In this document: piece by piece, positions 8,126 to 17,390 of the stretch | How the letters are laid out: each line of letters begins with the position of its first letter | Position numbering within the stretch: the stretch's first letter is position 1 | NCBI GenBank assembly: GCA_023382055.1 | Contig: JAMCQN010000141.1 | Coordinates: 13,613 to 77,612, forward strand | From: Chloroflexota bacterium | GTDB taxonomy: Bacteria > Chloroflexota > Anaerolineae > J036 > Brachytrichaceae | Direction: 5' to 3' | Length of the DNA stretch: 64,000 nt | Translations under genes and position numbers: made by a program | The notes under the pieces: model-generated | Database searches by the model: none | The model's input: the letters and a program-made list of their open reading frames with translations, nothing else | What the model was told of the DNA's origin: nothing

Positions 8126-9613
8126 ATGGCAACCGCTGGTTACCTCGGCCTGGACATTGGCGGCGCCGGCGCGAAGGCTGCTGTTTACGACCGCGCAGGT
8201 CGGATGCTGGGTCACGCGTCTGCGCCATATTCTCCTCTGATTTCCTCCGACGGGCACGCCGAGATCGCTATTGAGGCGATCTATGCCGCCGCTCGCGACG
8301 CAGTGGGCAGCGCGGTAAGGCAATCCGCTGCGTATGTCGTCGCGCTCTCGATCGCAACTCAAGGCCAAACCTTCGTCGCACTGGATTCGATCGATTTACC
8401 AATCTTCCCGGCTATCCTGTGGTATGACAGTCGCGCAGCCGACGAGGCCGCACAGTTGAAAGATGCGCTGGCTTCAACCCCTCCGTCTCGCGATAAGCCT
8501 TATGTCGAAGCAATCGCCGCTGCGCCGAAGGTCATGTGGTTGCGCCGCCATTACCCCGATAAGATAGCTCGCGCACGACGCTATCTGTTGCTGCCGGACT
8601 ATCTCAACTACCGGCTGACAGGCCAGCCGGTAACCGACCCCTGTACCGCATCGACCACTGGGCTGTACGCCGATGGCGCGCCGGATTATCACGCGGGTGC
8701 GCTGGCAGCGGCTGGCATAGAACGGTCCGCGCTGGCGCGCATCCAACCTCCGGGTAGCGTCGTAGGGCGCGTGCGGGCGGATTTGGCGGTGGAGTGGGGC
8801 TTGTCAACACAGGCGCTGGTCATTACCGGCACGAATGACCAGTATGCAGGCGCATTAGGCGCAGGCAACTGCCGCCCTGGAATACTCACCGAGACGACCG
8901 GCACCTGCCTCGCGCTGGTCACACTCACCCAACGCGCTGCGGCTGGATCACCGCCGGGGCAGGGTTATGCTTATACGCCCGGATTGCTCAGCGGGCATTT
9001 CCCGGTCGAGGATTGCGATTACGTCCTGGCTTACGCCAAAACCGCCGGGTTGGTCGTCGACTGGTTCAGGCGGCAGTTCGCGCGCGACCGCAGTTTGGCT
9101 GACCTGGGGAAAGACGCGGCTTCCGTCCCGATAGGGAGCAGGGGGTTGAATGTTCTGCCGCATTTCGACGGCATGGTGTCGCCGGCGCCGAATGCAGCGG
9201 CTAGAGGCGCTATTCTCAACCTTGGGCTGTCGCACACGCGCGCCGATATGTACCGCGCCGTCCTCGAGTCCATTGCATTCTGTCTGCGCGAGAACATCGA
9301 ACTGATGCATCGTTGCGGATTATCGTTCTCCATCCTGCGTTCCATCGGCGGCGGCGCGAAGAGCGATTTATGGATGCAGATCAAGGCGGACATCACCGGG
9401 TTGCCGCTGGAACGTCCGGCGGTCACCGAGTCGGCTACGTTGGGCGCTGCCGTACTGGCGGCTGTAGGCGCAGGCTGGTTTTCGTCGATCGTAGATTGCA
9501 GCACCGCTTTCTATCGAGTTGGGCGTGTCTTTACGCCCGACGATAAAGCGCATGCTCTCTACGAGAAACCCTACCAGACTTATCTTGATCTGTATCGTAG
9601 ACTGTACGGATAA
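8126..9613 (+). CDS. FGGY family carbohydrate kinase (xylulokinase-like)
   Basis: N-terminal LGLDIGGAGAKAAVYD actin-fold phosphate-1 motif, a GTNDQYAGALGAG block and a C-terminal GGGAKSDLWMQI block are present. Confidence 0.85.
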   Translation: MATAGYLGLDIGGAGAKAAVYDRAGRMLGHASAPYSPLISSDGHAEIAIEAIYAAARDAVGSAVRQSAAYVVALSIATQGQTFVALDSIDLPIFPAILWYDSRAADEAAQLKDALASTPPSRDKPYVEAIAAAPKVMWLRRHYPDKIARARRYLLLPDYLNYRLTGQPVTDPCTASTTGLYADGAPDYHAGALAAAGIERSALARIQPPGSVVGRVRADLAVEWGLSTQALVITGTNDQYAGALGAGNCRPGILTETTGTCLALVTLTQRAAAGSPPGQGYAYTPGLLSGHFPVEDCDYVLAYAKTAGLVVDWFRRQFARDRSLADLGKDAASVPIGSRGLNVLPHFDGMVSPAPNAAARGAILNLGLSHTRADMYRAVLESIAFCLRENIELMHRCGLSFSILRSIGGGAKSDLWMQIKADITGLPLERPAVTESATLGAAVLAAVGAGWFSSIVDCSTAFYRVGRVFTPDDKAHALYEKPYQTYLDLYRRLYG

Positions 9614-9638
9614 TCCTTTCGTTAATACGAGGTGATCA

Positions 9639-11051
9639 ATGGCAGGCGCGTCGGTAAAACTCGGTTTCTGTCCGATCGGCAAATTCGTCTTCAGCCATGA
9701 GGATGCGTTGCGCTACAAGGCGCTGATCGAGGAGAAGTTGCGCCAGTGGCAAGTGGATTACGTCACCATTGACGGCGTTCTGCCCGATGGCATCGTGCGC
9801 GACCAGACACACGTCGACCCGGTCGTGGATCACTTCAAACGCGCCGGTGTGGACGCTGTTTTCATGCCGCACTGTAACTTTGGCACCGAGGGTGCGGTGG
9901 GCATGATCGGCGCGAAGCTGGGCCGGCCTGTCCTGCTGTGGGGGCCGCGCGATGAAGCGCCGTTGCCCGACGGCCGCCGGCTGCGCGACACATTATGCGG
10001 GTTGTTTGCGTCCAGTAAAGTCCTGCACAAGTTGAATGTGCCGTTCACGTACATCGAGAACTGCCGCGTTGATGATCCGGTGTTCCAGAAGGGCGTCGAT
10101 ACATTCCTGCGCGCCGTCAACGTGGCCGACGCGTTGCGCAGCGGTGTTCGCATCGGCCACATCGGGCAGCGTATCGACTTCTTCTGGACGACTATCGTGA
10201 ATGAAAGCGAGTTGCTTGAGCGCTTCCATGTCGAAGTGCTTCCGCTCGATATGGTCGAATTTATCCGGCGGACTAAACAGCGCGCCAGCGGTCATCGCAC
10301 GGCTTACCAGAAAGAGTTGAATGAGCTCAAAGCGAGCGCCGAGATTGTCGGCTTTGACGACGACGCACCCATGATCAACGTGCTGGCGACGCGCGATGAG
10401 ATGCTGGAGCTGGGTGACCGGCATAACCTGGCTGGATTCGCTATCCAGGATTTCAACTCGTTGATCGACGAGATGGGCGCGTATTGTTTCTATGCCGACA
10501 GCGCGGTTGCCGACCGTTATCCGGTCGGTTATGAGTCTGATATCCACGGCGCGCTGACCGGTGTGCTGCTCAGCCGCGCCGCCTATAACCGCGCGCCGAC
10601 CTACCTGGTTGACTTGACGATTCGGCATCCCGCCAACGACAACGGAATACTGCTGTGGCATGCCGGCGCGCCGTTGAGCATGCGCGACCCGGCGGACAAG
10701 GTGAAAATCGGCCATCACTGGATATTGCCCAGCCCACTCTCCGGGATGACTCATTTCCGGCTGCACGGCGGAGCGCTCACGACGGCGCGTTTCGACGGCG
10801 ACCGCGGTGAGTATCAGTTAGCCATCGGGCAGGGCAGATCCATCGATGGACCTTACACGCAGAACAACTATGTGTGGATGGAGGTAGACGACTGGCCGCA
10901 CTGGGAGCGTACGATCATGCAGGGGCCGTTTATCCATCACACCGGCATGCTGTACGGGCATTATGGCGATGCGCTGGTCGAAGCGTGCAAGTACGTGCCC
11001 GGCCTGCAACCGGTACGCCTTGATAAGAGCGCGAATCCACTCATTCGGTAG
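9639..11051 (+). CDS. L-fucose isomerase-like family protein
   Basis: 470 aa. It has an N-terminal Rossmann-like FucI/AraA-type domain (GFCPIGKFVF...FMPHCNFG) and a DTLCGLFAS block. The call rests on family-level resemblance only. Confidence 0.55.
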   Translation: MAGASVKLGFCPIGKFVFSHEDALRYKALIEEKLRQWQVDYVTIDGVLPDGIVRDQTHVDPVVDHFKRAGVDAVFMPHCNFGTEGAVGMIGAKLGRPVLLWGPRDEAPLPDGRRLRDTLCGLFASSKVLHKLNVPFTYIENCRVDDPVFQKGVDTFLRAVNVADALRSGVRIGHIGQRIDFFWTTIVNESELLERFHVEVLPLDMVEFIRRTKQRASGHRTAYQKELNELKASAEIVGFDDDAPMINVLATRDEMLELGDRHNLAGFAIQDFNSLIDEMGAYCFYADSAVADRYPVGYESDIHGALTGVLLSRAAYNRAPTYLVDLTIRHPANDNGILLWHAGAPLSMRDPADKVKIGHHWILPSPLSGMTHFRLHGGALTTARFDGDRGEYQLAIGQGRSIDGPYTQNNYVWMEVDDWPHWERTIMQGPFIHHTGMLYGHYGDALVEACKYVPGLQPVRLDKSANPLIR

Positions 11052-11080
11052 TACATTACATTCTGACAAGGGATGCAGCT

Positions 11081-11842
11081 ATGCAACTCGACCTCTTTGA
11101 TGTGAATCTGTATATCGGCAGGCCGACGCGCGAACTCTATGCGCCCGTGTCGACTATCGATGAACTGCTGGTCCAGCTTGATCGCCAGCGTATCTCGCGA
11201 GCGCTGGTGTGGCATGTGGCGCAGCGCGATGCATCGCCTGTCACGGGCAACGCGATGTTATCGGCTGCTATTGCGGGTCAGGATCGATTGTGGGGTTGTT
11301 GGACTATCCTGCCGCCGCAGACTGGCGAGGTCATTCGCGGCGACCACGACTTCTTCGGCGACATGAGGGCGAATCGCATCGTCGCACTGCGCGCGTTTCC
11401 CGAATTACACCGCTACTTGCTGAACTGCGTGGTGTTTGGGCGCTGGATGGATCAGATCGTCGAGCGGCGCATCCCGCTGCTGCTTTCCATGGAACACGGC
11501 GTGACATGGCCGGCTGTCTACGGCCTGCTGGAAGCATATCCAGCGCTGACCTGCATTCTGTGCGATGTGGGCATCTGGGGCGTAGACCGTTACACCTGGC
11601 CGTTGCTTGAAAACTACCCCAGCGTCCATTTGGAGACGAGCCTGGTCGCGCTGGAAGACGGCGGCATGGAGGCCACCGTGGCGCGTTACGGCGCAAAACG
11701 TCTGGTGTTTGGCACTGGTTTTCCAGAACGATATCCGGAGAGCGCCATCCTGCAGCTTCTGCATGCCGAGATCTCCGACGACGACAAACAGAAGATTGCT
11801 TCCGGCAATCTTCAGGATTTGCTGGCAAGAGTTGTTCTTTAA
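11081..11842 (+). CDS. amidohydrolase_2-like protein with degenerate metal ligands (probable pseudoenzyme or partner subunit)
   Basis: It is collinear with the neighbouring amidohydrolases. However, the HxH block reads DVNLYIG, the His block reads ILCDVG, and the Asp block reads VFGTGFP. Confidence 0.55.
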   Translation: MQLDLFDVNLYIGRPTRELYAPVSTIDELLVQLDRQRISRALVWHVAQRDASPVTGNAMLSAAIAGQDRLWGCWTILPPQTGEVIRGDHDFFGDMRANRIVALRAFPELHRYLLNCVVFGRWMDQIVERRIPLLLSMEHGVTWPAVYGLLEAYPALTCILCDVGIWGVDRYTWPLLENYPSVHLETSLVALEDGGMEATVARYGAKRLVFGTGFPERYPESAILQLLHAEISDDDKQKIASGNLQDLLARVVL

Positions 11843-11853
11843 GGCAGTGAACC

Positions 11854-12660
11854 ATGTCCCACTCTAACCTGAAGGAAGCGTTTTACGCAGAGGGCAAGCT
11901 GCCGGACTGCCCGGTGTATGACCTGCACGCGCACATGGGGCCGTACTACGGGATCGGTTTCCCGCGCCCGGATGCCGATGGGATGATCCACGCGATGGAC
12001 CGCGCGGGTGTGAGACTCCTGGTGTTCTGCCACCACGGTACGCTGTTCACGCCGGATATCGGCAACTGGGCCAACATCGCAGCGGTGCAGCGTTACCCGG
12101 CGCGATTGCGCGCCTACTGCGGCATCAACCCGAACTATCCAGAGGTCATCGCGTACGACATCGCGCACTTCGACGAGCACCCCGATGTGTTCGTCGGTTT
12201 GAAGATGCTGGCAGACTATCACGGTTTTGCGTTGACCGATCAGCGCTACCGCGCCGCCTGGGAATTGGCCGACCGCAGGAAACTGCTTGTGCTGATCCAC
12301 ACTTGGGGCGGCAGCCGCCTGGATGGCCCAGAGGTCGTGCGCGAAATTGCCGAACGCTACCCGCAGGCGTCTATTCTGATGGGTCACTCCTGCCATGGCG
12401 AATGGGATAAGGCGATCGCGCTGGTGCGAGAGTTCCCCAATCTCTACTTCGAACTCTGCGCGGTTCTTGATGAACGCGGCATGCTTGAGCGGTTTGTCGG
12501 CGAGATGGGATCGCGGCGCATTCTGTTCGGAACCGACTTGCCCTGGTTCAATCATCACTATTACATTGGTTCCGTCCTTGGCGCAGACATTACCGATGAG
12601 GATCGCCATGACATCCTGCATCGTAACGCGGAAGCGCTTTTGTCTCGATTCGGCGTTTAG
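11854..12660 (+). CDS. amidohydrolase_2-type metal-dependent hydrolase
   Basis: The ligand blocks are intact: YDLHAHMG (HxH), ILMGHSCHG and LFGTDLP. Confidence 0.7.
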   Translation: MSHSNLKEAFYAEGKLPDCPVYDLHAHMGPYYGIGFPRPDADGMIHAMDRAGVRLLVFCHHGTLFTPDIGNWANIAAVQRYPARLRAYCGINPNYPEVIAYDIAHFDEHPDVFVGLKMLADYHGFALTDQRYRAAWELADRRKLLVLIHTWGGSRLDGPEVVREIAERYPQASILMGHSCHGEWDKAIALVREFPNLYFELCAVLDERGMLERFVGEMGSRRILFGTDLPWFNHHYYIGSVLGADITDEDRHDILHRNAEALLSRFGV

Positions 12661-12669
12661 CGCGGATGG

Positions 12670-13467
12670 TTACGATTCATAAGACTTCATCGTAGCCAGT
12701 TCGCGCGGGAGGTGGACTTCCGGCGGTTCCCAGCCGATCCACTCACCGCTCAGGTAGCCGTCATATCCCGCCTGCTGGAGCAGCTCCACCGCGCGGCGGT
12801 GATCGATTTCACCGCTGCCAACCGGTTTTAGTTCAACGTCGTCCAAACGCAGCATGCCGTCATGGAAGTGTACGTGGCGAATCCACGGGCTGAGCGTCTG
12901 ATACGCCGCATCCATCGTGGAGCCGGCTTGGCGCACCGGATGCATGATGTCCCAGTTCACAGCGATCGCAGGGTGGTCGACGCGCCGCATCACCTCCGCC
13001 ATGTGCCGTGGGTCGCACCAATCATCGTGCGTCTCAACACAAATCACGACATGGCGCTCCAAGGCGTAAGCGGCGACTTCCGCTAGAGACCTGGCGACTG
13101 TATCAATGGCTTGCTCCCGGCTGATGCCGGCCGGCAGCCTTCCGCCGAACACGCGCAGGCGGGGCGCGCCGATGTCGGCGGCGAGGTCGAGACAACGACG
13201 GGTCAGATCCAGTTGCGCGGCGGTGGCCGCCGGGTCGGCGTACTGGCAGGACGTGGCAACGCAGCAGATGGGGATGCCAGACTGCGCTATCTTGTGGCGG
13301 ATCTCACGTCGCAACGCGGCCGGCATATTGGGTTCGATGCCATGTGCATGTCCGGCGTCGACACGGGGTTCGATACCATCATAGCCATATCGACTTGCCA
13401 TCGCCAGCATATCGTCCAGGCTGGCCTGCGGGCATGAGAAACTCATAAAGGCGTACTTTAAGCTCAC
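12670..13467 (-). CDS. xylose isomerase-like TIM-barrel protein (sugar phosphate isomerase/epimerase family)
   Basis: GYDGIEPR, VCVETHDDW, HVHFHDG and GYDGYLSGEW blocks are present. It converges on the upstream operon with a 9-nt gap. Confidence 0.8.
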   Translation of the reverse strand: MSLKYAFMSFSCPQASLDDMLAMASRYGYDGIEPRVDAGHAHGIEPNMPAALRREIRHKIAQSGIPICCVATSCQYADPAATAAQLDLTRRCLDLAADIGAPRLRVFGGRLPAGISREQAIDTVARSLAEVAAYALERHVVICVETHDDWCDPRHMAEVMRRVDHPAIAVNWDIMHPVRQAGSTMDAAYQTLSPWIRHVHFHDGMLRLDDVELKPVGSGEIDHRRAVELLQQAGYDGYLSGEWIGWEPPEVHLPRELATMKSYES

Positions 13468-13552
13468 ATCAACCTCCTCCCTATTTACTCAGATGATTGT
13501 ATGCCCGTCGTGAGATGTTTATCTGCCGTATGTCGCTATACTTCATCCAGCC

Positions 13553-14755
13553 ATGACAACAGTCCAGACTCCCGCTGCAACGTCAGCACGGAATGCCGGC
13601 GCGCCGCTTGACCGCCCCAGCGACCCGATCACCGTCGCCACCATTGCCGGTGGGCACTTCGTACACGATGCGTTTTCCAGCTTCCTCTCGCCGTTGCTGC
13701 CGTTAATCATCGATAAGTTGAGCCTGTCGCTGACACTGGCCGGCTCGCTCTCGGCGCTGCAAAGCTTCCCGTCCATCGTCAACCCGCTGCTTGGCATGAT
13801 CGGCGATCGCGTCAGTCTGCGCTGGCTGGCGGTGATCGCGCCCACCACAACCGCCATCACCATGAGCCTCATCGGCGTGGCGCCGACATACACCCTGCTG
13901 GCGATTCTGCTGCTGGTGGCGGGCATCAGCAATGCGTGCTGGCACACGCCGACGCCGGTGCTGGTCGCGCGCAGCGCAGGTCGGCGTGTAGGTTTGGGAA
14001 TGAGCGTGCTGATGATGGGCGGCGAGATGGCTCGCACACTGGGCCCGCTGATTGTTGTCGGCGCCGTATCACTCTGGGGACTGGAAGGTATCTGGCGCTT
14101 GATTCCATTCGGTGTATGTGCGTCCGCGGTGTTGCTCTGGCGCACGCGCAATCTCGAAACGCGCCCGTCTATAAGAACCGGCGGATCATGGGCGCAGACA
14201 TGGATTGAATTGCGGCGCGTGCTGTTGCCAATCGCCGGCATCATCCTGACGCGCACCTTCGTATCGGCGACACTGTCAACCTATCTACCCACGCTGCTCA
14301 CTCGCGAAGGTGACAGCCTGTTGCAGGCTGGCGGGGCATTATCGGTGTTGATGCTGGCCGGTGCAATCGGCTCGCTGGTCACCGGAACCGTCAGCGACCG
14401 CTTTGGCCGCAGGTTGGTGCTCAGCACAGTGCTGATTCTGTCGCCATTGTGTATGGTCGTATTCCTGAATGTGCACGGCTGGATCATGCTGCCTGTATTG
14501 TTCGTGCTGGGTTTTATGGCGAATAGCACGTCGCCGGTGCTTCTGGCGTTGGTGCAGGAAAATGGGCGCGACCATCCTGCCACCGCTAACGGCATGTATA
14601 TGGCGTTGGAGTTTGTAGGCGGTTCACTGATTACGGTGGTCGTCGGGGTGATTGCAGATGCGCTGGGACTGCGAACAGCCTTCGGCATCTGCGCCGGCAT
14701 CGCCATTTTCGCAGCGCTGTTTGTGTTTATGCTTCCTCAGCAGAAAAAAGCGTGA
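13553..14755 (+). CDS. MFS transporter
   Basis: 400 aa with about 12 hydrophobic segments. A DRFGRR-type loop (VSDRFGRRLV) lies between TM segments of the second half. Confidence 0.85.
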   Translation: MTTVQTPAATSARNAGAPLDRPSDPITVATIAGGHFVHDAFSSFLSPLLPLIIDKLSLSLTLAGSLSALQSFPSIVNPLLGMIGDRVSLRWLAVIAPTTTAITMSLIGVAPTYTLLAILLLVAGISNACWHTPTPVLVARSAGRRVGLGMSVLMMGGEMARTLGPLIVVGAVSLWGLEGIWRLIPFGVCASAVLLWRTRNLETRPSIRTGGSWAQTWIELRRVLLPIAGIILTRTFVSATLSTYLPTLLTREGDSLLQAGGALSVLMLAGAIGSLVTGTVSDRFGRRLVLSTVLILSPLCMVVFLNVHGWIMLPVLFVLGFMANSTSPVLLALVQENGRDHPATANGMYMALEFVGGSLITVVVGVIADALGLRTAFGICAGIAIFAALFVFMLPQQKKA

Positions 14756-14837
14756 GGGCGATTCCCGCAGCCCTGGAAATCGCCCCCCGCGATAAAATGA
14801 ATCCTGATGTGTATCTTTACTTGTGAGGAATACCAAC

Positions 14838-15836
14838 GTGGCTAAGAAATCGAAAAACGACTACACCATCGGCGTAGACCTGGGTGGAACAAAGATTCTG
14901 GCTGCTGTTGTCGCAGAAGATGGCAGCGTGATCGGCTCGGCCAAGAAGCGCACGCAAGCGGAGGAAGGTCCGGAAGCGGTTCTGAAGCGGATCACGAAAA
15001 CGATGCAGGAGGCTGTTGATGCAGCGGGGGCGTCGTTGACCGATATCACCGCGATCGGGTTGGGCGCCCCGGGCGTCATCGATACGGCGCGCGGCGTTGT
15101 TGTCAGCGGAACCAATATGCCGGGGTGGGTCGATATCGACGTCGGCAAAGCCTTGCGGCTGTGGAATGATGTGCCAGTCATGATATCCAATGATGTTCGT
15201 GTCGCGACATTCGGCGAACAATTGGCGGGGATCGGGAAAGGGGTGAAGCATTTCGCCGCGGTCTTCGTGGGCACCGGCATCGGCGGCGGCATCGTCATCG
15301 ACGGTCAGATCTACATCGGGAGCCGGGGCAGCGCCGGTGAAATCGGCCATATGGTCGTCATGGCCGACGGTCCCTATGCAGTGGGCGGAGGCGTTCGCGG
15401 CAGTATCGAGGCCATAGCCAGCCGCGCCGCGATTGAACGCGATCTGCGCGAAGCGATGGCCGCCGGACGCGACAGCGTTCTGCCTCAGATTGTGACGGAT
15501 ATCAACGCCAAGTTCACCAGCAGCATACTGGCCAAGGCCGTCGATAAAGGCGACGCCCTGACCATTGAGGTCTTGCTGCGCGCGGCGCATTACCTCGGTC
15601 TGCATGCAGCAACGCTGCTCAACTCCCTCGATCCGGAGATGTTGATCTACGGGGGCGGCGTGTTCGAAGCGTTGGGCGAATGGATGCTTGCGCCGGTGCG
15701 CACAGTTGCCAGGCAATACATGTTGAACAAGACGCGCATCGAGCAGGTCAGGATCGTCGAATCGAAACTGGGCGGGTCGGCAGGCATTGTCGGCGCGGCG
15801 TTGATGGCCCGCCGGGGCAGCCTGTCTGCGGCCTGA
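14838..15836 (+). CDS. ROK family sugar kinase (glucokinase-like) lacking the Cys-rich zinc motif
   Basis: IGVDLGGTKI and GTGIGGG blocks are present. GEIGHM is followed by GPYAVGGGVRGSIE where ROK proteins normally have CxCGxxGCxE. The GTG at 14838 follows GAGGAA; an alternative GTG lies at 14823. Confidence 0.8.
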   Translation: MAKKSKNDYTIGVDLGGTKILAAVVAEDGSVIGSAKKRTQAEEGPEAVLKRITKTMQEAVDAAGASLTDITAIGLGAPGVIDTARGVVVSGTNMPGWVDIDVGKALRLWNDVPVMISNDVRVATFGEQLAGIGKGVKHFAAVFVGTGIGGGIVIDGQIYIGSRGSAGEIGHMVVMADGPYAVGGGVRGSIEAIASRAAIERDLREAMAAGRDSVLPQIVTDINAKFTSSILAKAVDKGDALTIEVLLRAAHYLGLHAATLLNSLDPEMLIYGGGVFEALGEWMLAPVRTVARQYMLNKTRIEQVRIVESKLGGSAGIVGAALMARRGSLSAA

Positions 15837-15866
15837 CCACAGGCGCAGATGACCCTCCGTCGCCGC

Positions 15867-16568
15867 CTACTTGGCGCCCACGTGGATGGCGACGGTTCCA
15901 AACATCAGTCGCCTGTATGTCACGTCGCGCAGCCCGGCGCGCAGCATGACCGCCTTTAACTCCTCCGGGGATAGGAACTCATTGACCGATTGCGGCAGGT
16001 AGGCATACGCGTCTCTCTCACCGCTGATGATGCCGCCGGCAAGCGGCACCAGCCGGTTGAAGTAGAGCAGGAAGAGTGGCCGCAGGGCGTTGCGCGGCGG
16101 TTTACTGATCTCCAGACAGACCACGCGCCCGCCGCTTTTCAAAACCCGCCGCTGCTCACTGAAGGCCGACTCGCGATCGATGAAGTTGCGCACGCCGAAA
16201 CCGCTGGTAACGGCGTCGAACGAATCATCGCGGAACGGCAGCCGGTGTGCGTCCGCTGCGCACCACCTTATACGATGTGTGGCGGGTTTGGATTTTCCCG
16301 CCCGCATCATCTCAAATGTGAAATCGCTGCCGACGGCGAGGGCGTCGGGATGCTGTCTGAGAGCCTCGGCCATCATGTCGCCCGTGCCGGTCGCCACGTC
16401 GAGAATGCGTGCGCCGGGCGGCAACTGCGCTAATGAGATCACGGTACGGCGCCACGCGCCATCCCGACCTGCGCTCATCAGACGGTTCATCAGATCGTAG
16501 CGCTTCGAGATGCGCGCAAACATATCGCGGACGTAGCGGGCGCGTTCATTACCCTGAAGATGTGTCAT
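15867..16568 (-). CDS. ubiE: demethylmenaquinone/ubiquinone C-methyltransferase
   Basis: N-terminal VRDMFARISKRYDLMNRLMS...WRR block, the SAM motif ILDVATGTGD, and a GFGVRNF block are present. Confidence 0.85.
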   Translation of the reverse strand: MTHLQGNERARYVRDMFARISKRYDLMNRLMSAGRDGAWRRTVISLAQLPPGARILDVATGTGDMMAEALRQHPDALAVGSDFTFEMMRAGKSKPATHRIRWCAADAHRLPFRDDSFDAVTSGFGVRNFIDRESAFSEQRRVLKSGGRVVCLEISKPPRNALRPLFLLYFNRLVPLAGGIISGERDAYAYLPQSVNEFLSPEELKAVMLRAGLRDVTYRRLMFGTVAIHVGAK

Positions 16569-16601
16569 GAGAGTTGCCTGATTTGTTGGAGTATGTTGGC
16601 G

Positions 16602-17339
16602 TTAACCGGCGAATTTCCATGGGCATACACGCCGTTCCAGCCAGTCTATGAAAAAGTAGAGCAGCAGGCCCAGCACACCCATCGCGACTGCGCCGGCATA
16701 GGTTGCCGGATAGTCGAACAGCGTGCTTGCATTCAGGTAGATGTAGTAGCCCAGACCGAGCAAGGTGGCGGCGGTCTCCGTGATATAAAGCACCGCAACA
16801 GCCGTCCCGATACTGAGACGCACCGCCGTCAGGACGGCCGGCAACGATGCCGGCAGATAGACGAATCTGAAAAGCGCGCGCCTTCCCGCGCCCAGTGACT
16901 TTACCGAGTTGAGCAGTTCGGGTCGTATTCCGGCGGCATCATCGCGCACCGGCACCAGGATTTGAAAGAACAGGATCAGAACGATCATCAGCACTTTGCT
17001 GAAGTCCGTCGCGCCGAAAAAGAGCAGCACGATCGGCAGAAAGACGATCTTCGGAATCGGGTAGAGGATATAGGCAATGGGCGAGAAAATCCGGTTGAGC
17101 CGCGGCATCTGTCCCATCGCCAGGCCGGCCGGAACCGCCAGCACAATCGCGATGATCACGCTGACGATGACGCGCAACGCGCTGGCAATGAAGTGCCGCG
17201 CCAAGACGCCGAATTGAGTCACTATAGCCGCCGCCACCTGGAGCGGGGAAGGCAGAATGTCCCGCTGCACGATCATCGCAAATAGTTGCCAGGCCAGCAG
17301 GAATATAACCGTTGTAATGATGATATCGCGTCGCTGCAT
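16602..17339 (-). CDS. ABC transporter permease (NitT/TauT, SsuC-like family)
   Basis: Six hydrophobic segments and the EAA-type loop SVKSLGAGRRALFRFVYLPASLP are present. I chose the ATG at 17339 (MQRRDIIITT...); the longer ORF-track N-terminus has no family counterpart. Confidence 0.8.
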   Translation of the reverse strand: MQRRDIIITTVIFLLAWQLFAMIVQRDILPSPLQVAAAIVTQFGVLARHFIASALRVIVSVIIAIVLAVPAGLAMGQMPRLNRIFSPIAYILYPIPKIVFLPIVLLFFGATDFSKVLMIVLILFFQILVPVRDDAAGIRPELLNSVKSLGAGRRALFRFVYLPASLPAVLTAVRLSIGTAVAVLYITETAATLLGLGYYIYLNASTLFDYPATYAGAVAMGVLGLLLYFFIDWLERRVCPWKFAG

Positions 17340-17361
17340 GCGCCCATTATCGCTTGACCGC

Positions 17362-17390
17362 TTGACACAATGCCGGGAAATGTCTACATT
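17362..17390 (+). promoter_or_regulatory. candidate sigma70-type promoter for the zinc-ribbon gene
   Basis: TTGACA (17362-17367), a 17-nt spacer, then TACATT (17385-17390). An adjacent direct repeat reads CGCTTGAC-CGCTTGAC. A GAGAGG RBS lies 9 nt before the ATG at 17476. Confidence 0.4.

Noticed and set aside
7538-8368. 276-aa minus-strand ORF. Similar long antisense ORFs occur at 1702-2487, 1965-2741, 9993-10766, 13543-14256, 14817-15716, 20938-21687, 21596-22390, 35872-36552, 37533-38348, 44649-45410 and 55423-56550.
   Set aside because: All lie opposite ORFs with clear family motifs. They have Arg/Ala/Pro/Gly-rich, low-complexity translations with no recognisable domain, and this one crosses a gene boundary. 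They are typical shadow ORFs of GC-rich DNA.
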